Positions 13,418 through 26,475 of a DNA stretch of 64,000 nucleotides are shown here, piece after piece. The position numbers were made by a program, and so were the translations under genes. Numbering within the stretch: the stretch's first letter is position 1; each line of letters opens with the position of its first letter. The stretch is taken from the NCBI RefSeq assembly GCF_026571515.1, contig NW_026858341.1, positions 558,001 to 622,000 of the forward strand, in the 5' to 3' direction. This stretch comes from Ruditapes philippinarum (Eukaryota). Below the pieces are notes generated by a model. The model worked only from the letters and a program-made list of their open reading frames with translations, did no database searches and was not told the origin of the DNA.

Positions 13418-13615
13418 CCCGTGGCTGATTGGTAAAGGTCGTTAACTTCAAATCACTTGCCCCTTACCGCTGTGGGTTCGAATCCTGACTGGATCTTTGG
13501 TTTATTTCATGTGAGGAAGCTAAATAATGCATGGAAGGGCACCTGAGGTCGTCCTCCTCCGGTAAAGCTGGAAGTCGCCAAATGACCTATACTTTGCCGG
13601 TGTGACGTTAACCTT
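13418..13615 (+). mobile_element. tRNA-derived SINE
   Basis: Pol III A-box TGGCTGATTGG (13422-13432) and B-box GGTTCGAATCC (13475-13485), followed by a non-tRNA body (CATGTGAGGAAGC...AAGCTGGAAGTCGCC...GGTGTGACGTTAA). Related copies at about 6.6 kb and 52.2 kb. Confidence 0.8.
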
Positions 13616-14458
13616 ATCAATCTTTTTAGATCCTCTTGATAAAATATTTACCATGCTATAATATATAAGTTTATTTTGTAAGATCCTTAAAATTGTGTCC
13701 AGGTTTTGATAAATCACAGACTGCCAAAAAATGTAAACAATCTTACAATTTTAAAATGTGTAAAAGTTGTAGACAAACTAGGTCTTCAACACGTATTTCC
13801 AAAGATTTTTTTGTGCGCTAATGTCCATATGATTTATTTTGGTTTTTACCGTGTACGTTTGACAAATGTTACACTGTGCTCCTCTTAGTTCGCGGTACTA
13901 AATCCTTTCAAACAAGAAAGAAAACAACAAATGAAACTTAGGGTACAAAAATGGTCATTAGCGGTCACATATAGGGATTTTCTGCTGTATGACACAAGTA
14001 AATAATAATATATATACAGTCAAAATCAATTTAAATGGGCCAGACGTAGACTATATGTCGGCCATTTTGAAAACAGTATGTCATCATTTAAATCGCGGTA
14101 AGTGGATTTACACTATAGTTTTCCATGTTTAAGTGAACATTTCTAAATGATATATTGCTTAATTATAAACATTAAAACTATCTTAACTTTGTAACTAAAA
14201 ACATGATTTTTAACAAACAAGAACAATCAGAAAATACCGATTTCAGACGTATGAGCAAATTGTATGGACTTAAAATGTTGTTCTGCTTTTCATAAAAAAA
14301 TCTAGAGATTTTAAAGTATTTTGCACAATTTTTTATTGTTTAAGTGTTATAATAACGTTTGTCAATTCTGACCAATTTAACGCTGGTCACATGAAAATAT
14401 TCCGTTACCGTGAAATAAGTGATGACGCGGAATTAGTGATTTTGAGTATATGCTGCAA

Positions 14459-15420
14459 ATTGACAAATCTTGTATCTTTCTTTTCTGTACATTAGATTTA
14501 ATAATCCGTGACAAATCTTGTGACTTTCTTATCTGTGAAGTTGATAATCAGATCAGTGAAAAATCTTTTATCGCTCTTGTCTATGCATTAGTGATAACAA
14601 TTCGTGAAAAAATCTTATCTCTCTTTTCTATGCCGTGACAAATCTTTTATCTTTTTTTTCTATGCATTACATTTAAAAACTCGTGACAAATCTCTATTTT
14701 TATGCATTATATTTAATAATCCGTGACAAATCTTGTGACTTTCTTATCTGTGAAGTTGATAATCAGTGAAAAATCTTTTATCGCTCTTGTCTATGCATTA
14801 GTGATAACAATTCGTGAAAAAATCTTATCTCTCTTCTCTATGCATTAGATATAAAAATCCGTGACAAATCTTTTATCTTTCTTTTTTATGCATTATATTT
14901 AACAATTCGTGACAAACCTCTATTTTCTTTGCATTAGATTTTACACTCCGTGACAAATCTTAAATCTCTTTTTTCTATGCATTAGATTTAACAATTCGTT
15001 ACAAATCTCTATTTTCGATGCATAAGATTTAACAATTCGGGGCAAATCTTATCCCTCTTTCCTATGCATTGGATATAAAAATCCGTGACAAATCGTTTAT
15101 CTCTCTTTTCTATGCATTAGATTTAACAATTCGTTACACATCTCATATCTCTTTTCTATGCATTAGATATAACTATCCGTGACAAATCTTATCTTTTTAT
15201 ATGCATTAAATATAATTATCCATGACAAATATTATCATTAAATTTTGTTCTATGCATTAGATATAACAATTCTTGTCAAATCTTATCTTTCATTTCTATG
15301 CATTGGATATAACAATCCGTGACAAATCGTTTATCTCTCTTTTCTATGCGTGCGCATTAGATTAAACACGTGTTTACAGATCTTGTGTCTTTCTTTTCTG
15401 TGCATTATATATAACAGCCC
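14459..15420. repeat. Minisatellite, about 40-45-bp unit, roughly 20 copies
   Basis: Recurring TATGCATTAGATATAACAATCCGTGACAAATCTTATCTCTTTTC with variants. Confidence 0.9.
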
Positions 15421-16178
15421 GTGTATCATTTTATTTAATATGAAAAGTCCTTTCATTCGGATATGAAATGGTGTATTTGTGTTCTATGTACGAGGTCTCT
15501 TGTCCGGCGTTTACAGAAGTACCAATGTTTTACAACTGATTCTAGCAGATATCTGCCAAGACCCAATGTACGAGATTAACAACCGACATAAATTGGAAGG
15601 AGAACACTACGGCAAAAAAGCATGAAACTTACACCAAAACATTCCATTCCAGCAGTTAAAGTCATATTTGACTTGCATTTAAGAAACTTGAGTTAGAGTT
15701 TACTTGATTCATAAGATTAACATAGTTTTATATGTTTATTTATGTGATACGATATAGATGTGAATGTTATAACAACAAATGCCTAACAAATAGTATGCCT
15801 CATTATGTTATGTTTACTTATTGTTTATCATCAGCTAAAAATGCTTTGCTATGTTAAGTCACTTTTATGCAATAACCTACAGATACATTTTGCTGATTAA
15901 AATCATTTGATAATCGGTACGTCAATATTTCAATCAATTCCTATTAAAATGTTTTAATTAATAAGTAAATTATAATTATATTATATTTTGTTTAATGAAC
16001 TTGAACCAAACCGTCTAAACCGTCTAAACTACAATCAGTTCACTAACACTTGTATTGAAACTTAGAGAGCAAATGTTTTGCTAATTGTTAATTTACCGAC
16101 TATCACTTATCAGACTTTGATAAAACCATGTTCCAGTTTTCTAACTTTTAACCTAGTTTATTTTATCTCAATTTTAAT

Positions 16179-18352
16179 ATGCTGTGTCGTAAGTAAGTCT
16201 CCTATTAAGCAAATTATGAAGTATATGTTTAATGCTTTTATTTGCATACATTAATCGTCATCAGGATGGCAAGATTACAATGCAAGTGTTTGCTTTGTAT
16301 ATTTCATTAATATTTGTTAAAACTTTCGATTAAATATATAACAAACGAGTTTTACGTTTACTTTTGCGAGTACATAAACTGTATTTTAGGGATTGAAACT
16401 AAGTATAAACCACACCATTCATAAATTCGGAAACTTTTCATAAAAAAAGCGTAAACATTTAATAACTGTTATATATATTATTTATAAAAATGACAATCAA
16501 CTCCTGTAGGCATTACCCTGATTGTTATTATATTGTTTTCTACGGCTGTACATGGTGAAACGCAATCTGGTCATGAATGTCAGAACTTTGACCATACTGC
16601 ATGTGTTGCAATGGCTAAACAACATGTAAATGTGTGTTCAGATCCAGTACTTTCAGCTACTGCATGCCCTGTATTTTGCAATAGATGCCGTAAGTAAGAT
16701 TTATAATTTCCTAGAGGTCGAAGAAAATACTTGTCAAGCAATCAGAATGCTGCTTAAACAATTAACACATTTTAACAAACGACAATTATCAGTTAGAATA
16801 TTTTCATTTAAAATAATCGTGAAACAGTTTATAGTTCTGAAAAATGAATATGTCGACCATGTATTCTAAGCATTATGAATACATCATGCAAAGTCACCAA
16901 AACATGTGCGGTGCAGTGTCCATATTTGCATAATTATACTTGTTTCTGTTTACATATGAACTTCAAAATGAACGACCAAGTTACAATATTAAATGACAAT
17001 TTCAACTTAGTATCAAATTGTATTTGTAAAACATATTTTATAAACTAATATAAGAACAAGTAACTGTTGAAAAATATTATTGGAGAGTTCATTATATTAA
17101 GTAACCATTTGGGGGATATTTCATTAGATATTGGACATTGGTCCGAATGGAGCAGTTGGGGCTCCTGTTCAAACGGTGGAATTAAGAAAAGGTCAAGAAC
17201 TTGCAGTATTACGGACAACAGCCAAGGGAATATGTCTTTATGTATGAATGAATCAATAGAATATGACAGATCCTACTGTAACAATCCTTCCTGCATGCGT
17301 AAGTATTTTTTCATCATGGTATTTACTATTTCATCCGTTACATTTTTAAGACCAGTTTTATAATAATATAACATATTTAGATGTTGTCTTTGAATTTCTT
17401 AAATGTCTTATCTTGACTTAAATTGTTTTTTTTATATATATTTAGAATTAGCATTTTATTATTAAAGCATTTATTTTCATTTTACGAATGTTGGTATTAC
17501 ATATAGAGTTTGTGGCTTAACGCTCATAAAAACTCTTTGCTGTTGTTCTCTAATAAACTCCTTGATGTCACAGTTTCAGTTTTGTACCTTTTTACATATT
17601 CTTAGCACCAAAAATAGTCAATCTAACTATGACTGGATCATTGGAGATTGGACAAATCGCCATGCTACATTGTGAAGTATTTGGGAATCCTATACCGTTG
17701 ATAGATTGGCAGATATTGGTAAGAATTTAATGGGTATATATGTTTCTGGGTTTGACAAAACTTTTGGTCCGCTAGTCTTCATTAACTCAGCCCTAAATCT
17801 TTTCATTTGTAACTGTATAACAATAATATTATCATTAAATGAAACATACCCATATTTTTTTTGTTTGCTGATTCAATCATAAATTGTTATCTGCTCTGAA
17901 TATTATATTATAACTCAAATTACATATACTATGATTTTATTAATTATTTTCCAATTCAATTTGTGAAGAACATTTAATTCAATAAATGCAATGAAAATTA
18001 GCAGTTAATTTCCGGCTTCACTATTACAATAATTACAGTTCTGCTCAAACCAGGATGAACGCCGTTAAGATGATGTATTATGTGTCTTATTAAAATTACT
18101 TTGTATTTCCTGTACATTCATTTATATGTTATCACAGAATACCATGGTATTAAGACATTTTCTTTTTCACTTGTGACAGAATACCAGTGGAATTCACACA
18201 GAAATACATGGAGATTATCATGAGGTGCTGAAAATAGGACCACATGCTCAGTTTCAGTCAAACGTCTTCAAATGTAGAGCAATAAACAGGTGCGGAAGCA
18301 CAGAGTCTAGTGTGTTTTCGCCCAGACGGCATCAACACCTATAATAGGTTGA
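16179..18352 (+). CDS. Secreted mosaic protein 2: signal peptide, ShKT, TSP1, Ig-like (paralog of gene 1 lacking the LU cassette)
   Basis: Exons: tentative 16179-16188 (ATGCTGTGTC|GTAAGT, giving MLCRITLIVIILFSTAVHG); 16510-16689 (CQNFDHTACVAMAKQHVNVCSDPVLSATACPVFCNRC); 17128-17298 (WSEWSSWGSC...KRSRTC); 17606-17718 (AMLHCEVFGNPIPLIDW); 18180-18344 (FKCRAINRCG...). As written it stops at 18344. A one-base shift near 18321 restores TASTPIIG* ending at 18352. AATAAA at 18379. Confidence 0.85.
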
Positions 18353-18649
18353 TTCATCGCAATAATGTTTGAAAAATGAATAAATTTATATCCTTTACTT
18401 TCAGCATTTGTCTTTGTGTTACTTCCAATCATGAATTTGTTGTAATATTTTATCAGATACATGTTGTCTAGCGTACTGAATATTCAAAATATGTCAGTTT
18501 GAGAAACCTCAGTAAGTGCAATACTACACAGTTGTGATGCACCGACGAAATGAGATTTTTTCAACTTTATTATAATTTCAGTTATAAATGCCTGGGAATA
18601 AATCATTCAATAGCATCTAGGTTTTAATATATTATGAAATTATTATACA

Positions 18650-18752
18650 ATTATTAACTAATGAGCCATTGAATATGGTGTGATAACCGAGGTCAATATG
18701 ACATTTTGCAGGTAAACATCACATCATATTCAATAGTGCATTAGTCAATAGT
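18650..18752. mobile_element. Palindromic MITE-like element
   Basis: TAATGAGCCATTGAATATGGTGTGAT ... ATCACATCATATTCAATAGTGCATTA imperfect inverted repeat. Confidence 0.5.
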
Positions 18753-21700
18753 TGCTTTATTAAATGATCAGCCTATAATTAATGAGAACTCAAGAAGTTA
18801 TTAAGCCTTATATCAAAAATATATCAAGTTACTTATCAATGGGGTATAATTTTAACTTTTATTTTTAGTAAATAAATTTTAATCGGAAAATATGCCACGA
18901 AAGACAAAATACAGCATTTTTAATCGTTTATGCTGTATGGGCATTTGATATTCATGAGTCTGATTCTAGTTTAGAAATGGCAAATCTAATTCAGCCAGTG
19001 AATATGATACTTTACCCAGTGAATATGATTAACGCACACACAGTGGATAGTATTTGCTGTGTGGTTTTTTAATATGAGCCTTTTTTTCTAATTATAGGTT
19101 GTGAATTCAGCTAGTGAATATGATTTTATAATTTGACGTTCTGTTGACCACTGTTTGAACCAATATAATTGCAACTATCTTTAGATCATATATACAAATT
19201 GAATGCTAAATTCTATAAGATGAGTACACAGCTCTTAAACCTGTATCAAACGAGGCGTTATTCGAGCCGGATTTAAGATTTTCCGTTGTGTAATAGGAGG
19301 TTGTGGTAATGACGATGAGCTGGCTAGTAGTTTTATTGTTTTCAATCATAATTTTACAAAAGTCAAACGATTATATTTTTGACTGTCAAATTGAGCGGGC
19401 GTGTCTGTCACGCAAGAGCAATGTCATTTATACGATGGAATATATCACACATATATATACAATCTGTGAAACGTATACCACTGAACAAAACGTTTCCATA
19501 AAATAAAACATATTCATAATAGATTATGATTATACCTCTAAGACTTAAGTTCAAACCATGTTTTTATGTTACCCCTCAAACACTATTTCAACTAAGCTAA
19601 GAATAGTAGGTGTTTCTTGTCATTTAAAGTTCAATATATGTATTATATGTACCTTCCTACAAATGTTCGGTTGTGTATCAGCTGAATATTCTTGTTTGAT
19701 TGTTGACATTGCAAGTTCTAAACACATTGGAATTATTTTCCCGCCTTTTATTTGACCAACAGGCAGTACATGTAACTTCACTACGCATAATGAACACCAC
19801 TATGAGATAGAAAAGTCATGTATTTATGAAATATTTAGCTGACCCTTGGCAAATTGAAAATAATTGACAAAATGTGATAATAAAAAAATCTAACAAATGA
19901 TTTATTTGAAATATCTACCCTTTAAATGTGTAAAGAAAATTATTGTAAAAGCACTTAGTCTAATATTATAAATATAGCTGACATACATATGCTAGAATTG
20001 TAAGAGAACTTTATCTTATCTTAGGAATATGATACATATATAATAAGAATGACCAAAAATAAACAACAGCCAAGAGGGGAGGGAGATGGGTGGGGTAATG
20101 TTAATTATTTGCAAAAAGCGCCTAAAGTTTATTATCTATTATTAAACCACAAGTATGTAAGCCAGTACAAAATCTTTGTTTGCACTTAGATATTTACTTC
20201 ATATTTTGGGCGTACATTAAAAAGGAATGAGATATGTATTTACAAAATGATAGATATAATTGTGTTAATAGCAAAATCAAAATGCGCGATTTACCAGATC
20301 TTCAGTTATCATTGAGACATCATTATTCATTATAAAAAGTGGGGAAAAACATATGTAAATTAAAAGTCTCTCCCACACATTCACTATGCTTAAACTTGAA
20401 GATAAGGTTTCTAGTTAATAATTAGTTTTAAGTGCATTGATAAATATATTCTTTAGAACCATTGATAGAAAATAACCATGTTTATCGTAACAAATTGTTA
20501 ACATATTTGATATTATCTGAAGGCAGTGATATATATTTCAATATAAACCGATGTAAGATAGCAGTTTATATCATGTTTCTAAAAAGTATTTTAATCAGCT
20601 TATAGATAAATATGCAAATCACATACTAAATAATTAATCACTGATTTGACGTAGATAATATTAATAAATATGATGTCGTTTAATTATAATATGATTTATA
20701 TACGCGAGGAATGCAATGAAAGAAAGGCAGAGTTCATTTGCATTATTAAATTCTATTAACTTTAGTATCAGTTACAAAAGAAGCCATAATATGCATACTA
20801 CTAATTTGCAATGTACAACCGTTGATATATGAGTCTACCAGAAGTTGTAAAACTTCCAAAAATTAACGGCTAAAGTCGACAATTTGTTTTTAACAGATGG
20901 ATTGGAATTCGGAATATACTAGTATACAATTTTATTTATTTATTTATTTATTTATTTATTGTTTTTTATTTTATTTTTATTTTATAGTATTTTATTTTTA
21001 AATTAGTTTTGTCATTTTATTTGTTTCCCATAAGCCATTAACCAATCCATCATATCATAGGTTAGGCAGGATAAAAAAAAAATAATTAATTAAAAGATAG
21101 ACATACATTGAAAATTCTGAACCACATATAGTAACTGACAAACCTTACCTCTAGTAATGTTTTTTGATCCTACCAAAGATCAAAGATCTTCAGTATGATA
21201 ACAAAGAATGTGTAATAATTAACCTGGTACTCAATTTCTATTATACAGACATCAAAACACCGTATAACGAAAGCATCTACTGACATTCTTAAGATTCACA
21301 AAAAAACCTCAATACATGTAACACGTATACAAGAAATGATAAATTTTCATTAACTTAAAACTGCATGCTTTATATTGCAGTACAACCTGTTAAATACCAT
21401 GGATCTGATTATTAACGGTGTGCTAAATCATATAAACGCCATACAATGAAACCCTTTACCGAAGCGTAGCATATTATGTCAATGTTAAACTTTTTGAATT
21501 ATTGTAAATCTATTTGTATTGCATACAAAAAGTATGTTGTTGTTGTTGTTCATTCTTCCTCTCAGTGGTCATTTAACTCAACGCAAAAATAATATATGCA
21601 GTACTTCTGCAGTATTTAAAGTTGAGAACGTTTAAATGTTTTACCATATATCAAATACTTTATTACTTTATTTATATTCCAGATTAAATTTATATTTGAA

Positions 21701-21811
21701 AGAAATTACAAAATCTCTATACAAGTCATTAGTACCCAAAAAATATGCAAGGTTATCTTGACACTAACTTATACATTTTTCTAGTTTTATCATTTAATTT
21801 ATTTTTTTTTA

Positions 21812-21887
21812 ATTATTATTATTATCATTATTATTATTATTATCATTATTATACCATTATTATTATCATTATTATTATCATTATTAT
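21812..21887. repeat. (TTA/TCA)n imperfect microsatellite
   Basis: ATT/ATC trinucleotide run. Confidence 0.85.
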
Positions 21888-22882
21888 GTTTTCTATTTAT
21901 ATCTTTTTGTAGATTGACATTGACTATTTAAATTGTGTTAAAGTAAGTTATAAATCCTTCAGCTACACAGAGCCATGTGCAGTTTATAGTGTGAGTAATT
22001 GGTTTGCAACACAGCTGTTGATGATATGACTAATTCATATGTTCTGTTCATGTAATCTCTTCGTCCGTACTATCTGTAAAGTTTAGTCATAAATAGCCAC
22101 ATATAGTAGTACGTCATGACTAAAAACACGTTGCAAAATAGAAATAAAAAACATAAATCAGAACGCATAATTTCTAATATACAATAATTATTCACATGGT
22201 CTCTATCAAAAGAAAAATATATTATATCTCATAGAAAGGGTAATTAACTACTTGGTATAGTAATTCTAAAATTTTAAAAACATACAAATTTAAAATATAA
22301 AAAGAAATAAAACAGCATTTCATTAGTATAATAGTATTCAATAAATTATCTTTAAAAATTTATTTTTTTCAATTAAGTCGAAACATATATTGTTTATTTT
22401 TAGTGAAACAATTTTACGTTATTAACAATATTAGAATCAACATAATTATAAATCATTACTCAATTTTAGATGCAAGTTTTTTGTTGTTGTTTCTTTCTCT
22501 TTTTTGTTGTTGTTTTTTCGCTTTTAAAGACTAATCTTGATAAATTATACTTTTACAGTAGATTTATGTAACCTAATCAAAAGCAAATTACTAGTACCCT
22601 TGACATTTCACGAGAACTATATCACATGTTCACATACAAAATATATTATACACATAAAAGATCCAGTATTGAATCATTTCGACTCTTGCAGGTATTCATA
22701 ATCACTAAAACATACCTACAGGTAATTTCCACCAGCTAATTTCTCTTTACAATCCGTCTTTTAATTAGGCGAAGAGTTTCCTCTCAGTTTTAAACTCATT
22801 CCCCTGTTATTAACGTTTCCCATATTTTGGCAGAGCTTGCAGAATTGTCTGTGGGAAAGTTCCTATATTTATATTTTCAAAC

Positions 22883-25800
22883 ATGAGCGCAGAGGGTGAA
22901 TTAAGTTTTTGGCTGAAGAGACAATTGACAGCTTTTGAAGAAAAGTTCTGCGAGGCAGATAAAGATAAAAATGGAAGTTTGTCGTTTGCTGAAATAAGTG
23001 AAGTGTTACGAAATTCGGGATTTAAAGGCACGGAAGAAGACGTAAAAGTGAGTTGTTTACTATCTTCGTGTTTTGTAAATTTCATTGCCATGAGATGCTA
23101 TGCCAAAAAAAAAATATGTATATATAAATGGATGTAGTTTTTGCATTTGCTTTCATTTAATTGTGTCTAGATTTTTTAATGCAGCTTGATGGCATTTTTA
23201 TATAACAAAGGATCTTAAAAACTTTAAGGAATAAGTAGGTTTTTCCTTGATTTTAGACAATTTTCTCATTTTGTTAAAAAAATTAGTTTTAGATATGGTA
23301 AACCGCTTTTATGTAAAATTAAGTATTTTTAATACGAAATGTAGTCACTACTAAGTTAAGAGATTCTGTATAGTTTTTTATTGTTCTTTATATATTTACA
23401 AAATATTACATGTTTTATGTTTGTTTAAACATAATAAATCATCAGAAGCGTTGGCATTGTGCCAATCTACAATCACCCCCATTCCTGCATTTTTAACATG
23501 TAGATATTAGCAAATGAACACTGTTAGGATAAAGATTGATTTTACGGTCATTTGGATAACACGTCATTATATTCTTTTTTCAAAGCCGTAAAGGATTGTT
23601 TTCATAAAGAAATGCAAAGAAAATAATTTATATTGAATAAACATTTTATGGATACAACAACTTATCAGTTTATGACTGCGATAAGCAGATTCTCAAATGA
23701 CTAGCGGAATGGTATCTAATGAGTTTTTATCAAACCGTTTTTAACTCCTGCCACGAATGATAATACTTTTCTTAACCATATATTCAATAATATATAAATA
23801 TAAGACGCTTGGTAGGCCATTATATGAATAAATTACAAACAGCTACTTATGAAAAGTGATTTAATAATCATACTGATATCCTGTTTGTGGCGTTCCTCTG
23901 AAACTTTCGTTTCTAAGCAACCGTTAATTCAGGAATTTTATCAAAACTTTGAAAATGAGTCATACTTCAGTGAGGCTAAACATGTGATAACAGGATCATA
24001 TGTTTGGTTTTACATGTAATCAGTGTGTAATCAGATTGCATAAATATTGAAAGAATATCTTGTTGATGAAGGCATACACTTGTTATGTGGTAAAGGAATG
24101 AAGCTGCCCTGAAGTACAAGGTAATTAACAATCATTGTAATAATGAACGCAAACGAAATAAGTTTACAGTCTATTTTTGTATTTAATGTTTCGAGCGTCT
24201 GCTTCAACTTATCTAGAAAGATATATCTTCTATGTTCCAGTGTATGTAACTAGGTGAAAAACATATCACCAAACAAGAAAAAACCGTTCATACATAACTT
24301 TTGTACTTTTCAGTTCAAGGTAAAAATATATATGAGACATGCGTTTTATTCAAATTCGAAGTAGGAAAGGTTTACAACTGGGTGGCTTAAAGTATATTTA
24401 TAAAGCCATACATCTGCTGCATTTTTATTTATTTAATTGTGTTTTGTTTTATTTTTTTATTTTTTTTATTATCAAGTTTTTTACTTATTTATTTTTTATT
24501 TTGAACAAGAAAACTTTGTACTATATATGAAAGAAATTGTGTTTGTTTATTTCCTCGAGAGGGAATGACAAATTCACAAAAATATTGATAATGGATAAAA
24601 CCCTAAAATAGCAGCATATTATTTTGTTCTGGAACATTTTATTCGGTTTGCGTACAATATCAATGTGTGTAAATAACAGAGATGATCTATGTTATAATTC
24701 GTTTGAGCTTCTACCACAATATTATGAGACTAACAAACCTTCACTTTTTAATAGTTTATAAAAAAAGGATTCATAAGATACAGTTTTATACCCTTTAATT
24801 ACTGTTATTTCTGAAAGCGGGTTGAATATATGTAGTTACTGTTATGTTTCGAAAGCATGTACAAGGCAGACTACATTTCTTTCATTGATATATGATCCAA
24901 TTCAATTTGATCGATATAGGAATATTGTAGATATACTGTTATTAAAACGTGTTAACTTTATTGCAGGCAATATTCAAATTTGCTGACTCCAATAAAGATG
25001 CTAAAATTTCAAGAAATGAATATATGGTTGCAGTGAAGAAAGCCCCGAAAACAAGTTTAAAGTAAGTAAATGGTATGTTTAGATATATATTTTTATTTAG
25101 GTGAACATGCTTACCTAGATAAGACTTAAACGTTATTTTGTTATTATAAGTTTAATGTCTTTTTTTAATTGAAGAGACTTATTAACAAATTTATAATACT
25201 AAAATACGTGAAAAAAACTAGCTTTTTTACTGAATGCATACTATGCTACTATAACTGAATACCGCATTTTATATAACATTCAGGTAAATACAGTGTTATT
25301 CTATCATATTGTTTAAAACTGTTTTATACATATTTTTGGTTACACTTTTTTCACAATAATTATCCAATATTACACATTCCAAGGGAAATAGTGCTTCGAA
25401 GAGCTTTCAAGAAGTATGACAAAGATGGGAGTGGTTTTCTGTCACGTGATGAAGTCATTTCAGCAGTAGGATCAGAAGAGGCGGGGTTAAACCTTCCCGC
25501 CGAAAAAGTATCCGAAATGCTCATCAGTCTCGTACATGAAAAGGGCAAAGGTGATCAACAGGTATGCAACTAGAGCATATTTCTGATACTGAACTACTGT
25601 TTTAAAAGCCAGACAAATGGCGCATATGTTACGAAACATAATCTACACAACCACAATTCCTTCTGCAATTAACATTATAAAGATATTCTATGCTCAAATT
25701 AAAGTTTAGAAAATATTGATAATTTCCACACAGTCTCTTTGTAAATATAAAATAAACATGTTTTGACTTTACACAAAGTAGATATGTTATGTTTACAAAT

Positions 25801-26475
25801 CTACATAATATAGGCGGATACAATAGGAAAATATTATAGTGTCGTTAAATAACTTGCAGTATTTTAAGGAAGTACCAACTTCACTTCTCTCAAAATAGCG
25901 AACGCAGCTCCCGATACACAGTTGTCTCTATTTTGTATTCTAGTAAGGCATATTCAGTAATAATCATAAAGATTCCAATAAATTTCTGTGATTAAAATAT
26001 TTCACTCAATGATTAGCTTATTATATAGTTTAACTTTAATTAACAGTATGAGCAGCTCATTCCTTTAAACTCACTTTAGGGAGTAAGTTATCATTTAGTA
26101 ATGTACATTTTCTCAATAGATATACTTGGTAATACAACTGCTGAAAATGCGATAGCGTTCCTTATCTGAATTGTTTGTCAAACTGTAGAACTGTTCCTCG
26201 TTTCTGTTCTTCAGGTCAGTTACGAAGAATTTCTTCAAGTTTTTCACTACAACCAGACTGCAACATTACTTCGGGAACTCTTTAACAACATTGATAAAGA
26301 CAAGAGTGGATTTCTGACCAAGAAAGAGATAATAGACGCCATCAAAGCAGACGAAGAATTGTCTTTCAAAGCGGCAAATTTGTCTCAGTTACTCATCACG
26401 TTCAGCAAGGATAAGATGGATAAAATAAACTATGAGGAATTCGCGAAAATTGTTGCAAATCAAGCTAAAAAGTGA
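22883..26475 (+). CDS. Six-EF-hand calcium-binding protein (calmodulin-like superfamily), 232 aa
   Basis: Coding exons 22883-23047, 24967-25061, 25384-25561 and 26215-26475 splice in frame with GT-AG. Loops: DKDKNGSLSFAE, DSNKDAKISRNE, DKDGSGFLSRDE, degenerate EKGKGDQQVSYEE, DKDKSGFLTKKE, degenerate SKDKMDKINYEE. AATAAA at about 26498. Possible non-coding exon ending at 22721. Confidence 0.92.

Noticed and set aside
13418-13500. tRNA gene
   Set aside because: A and B boxes are present but there is no closing acceptor stem or T-run terminator. It continues into a SINE body shared with other copies.
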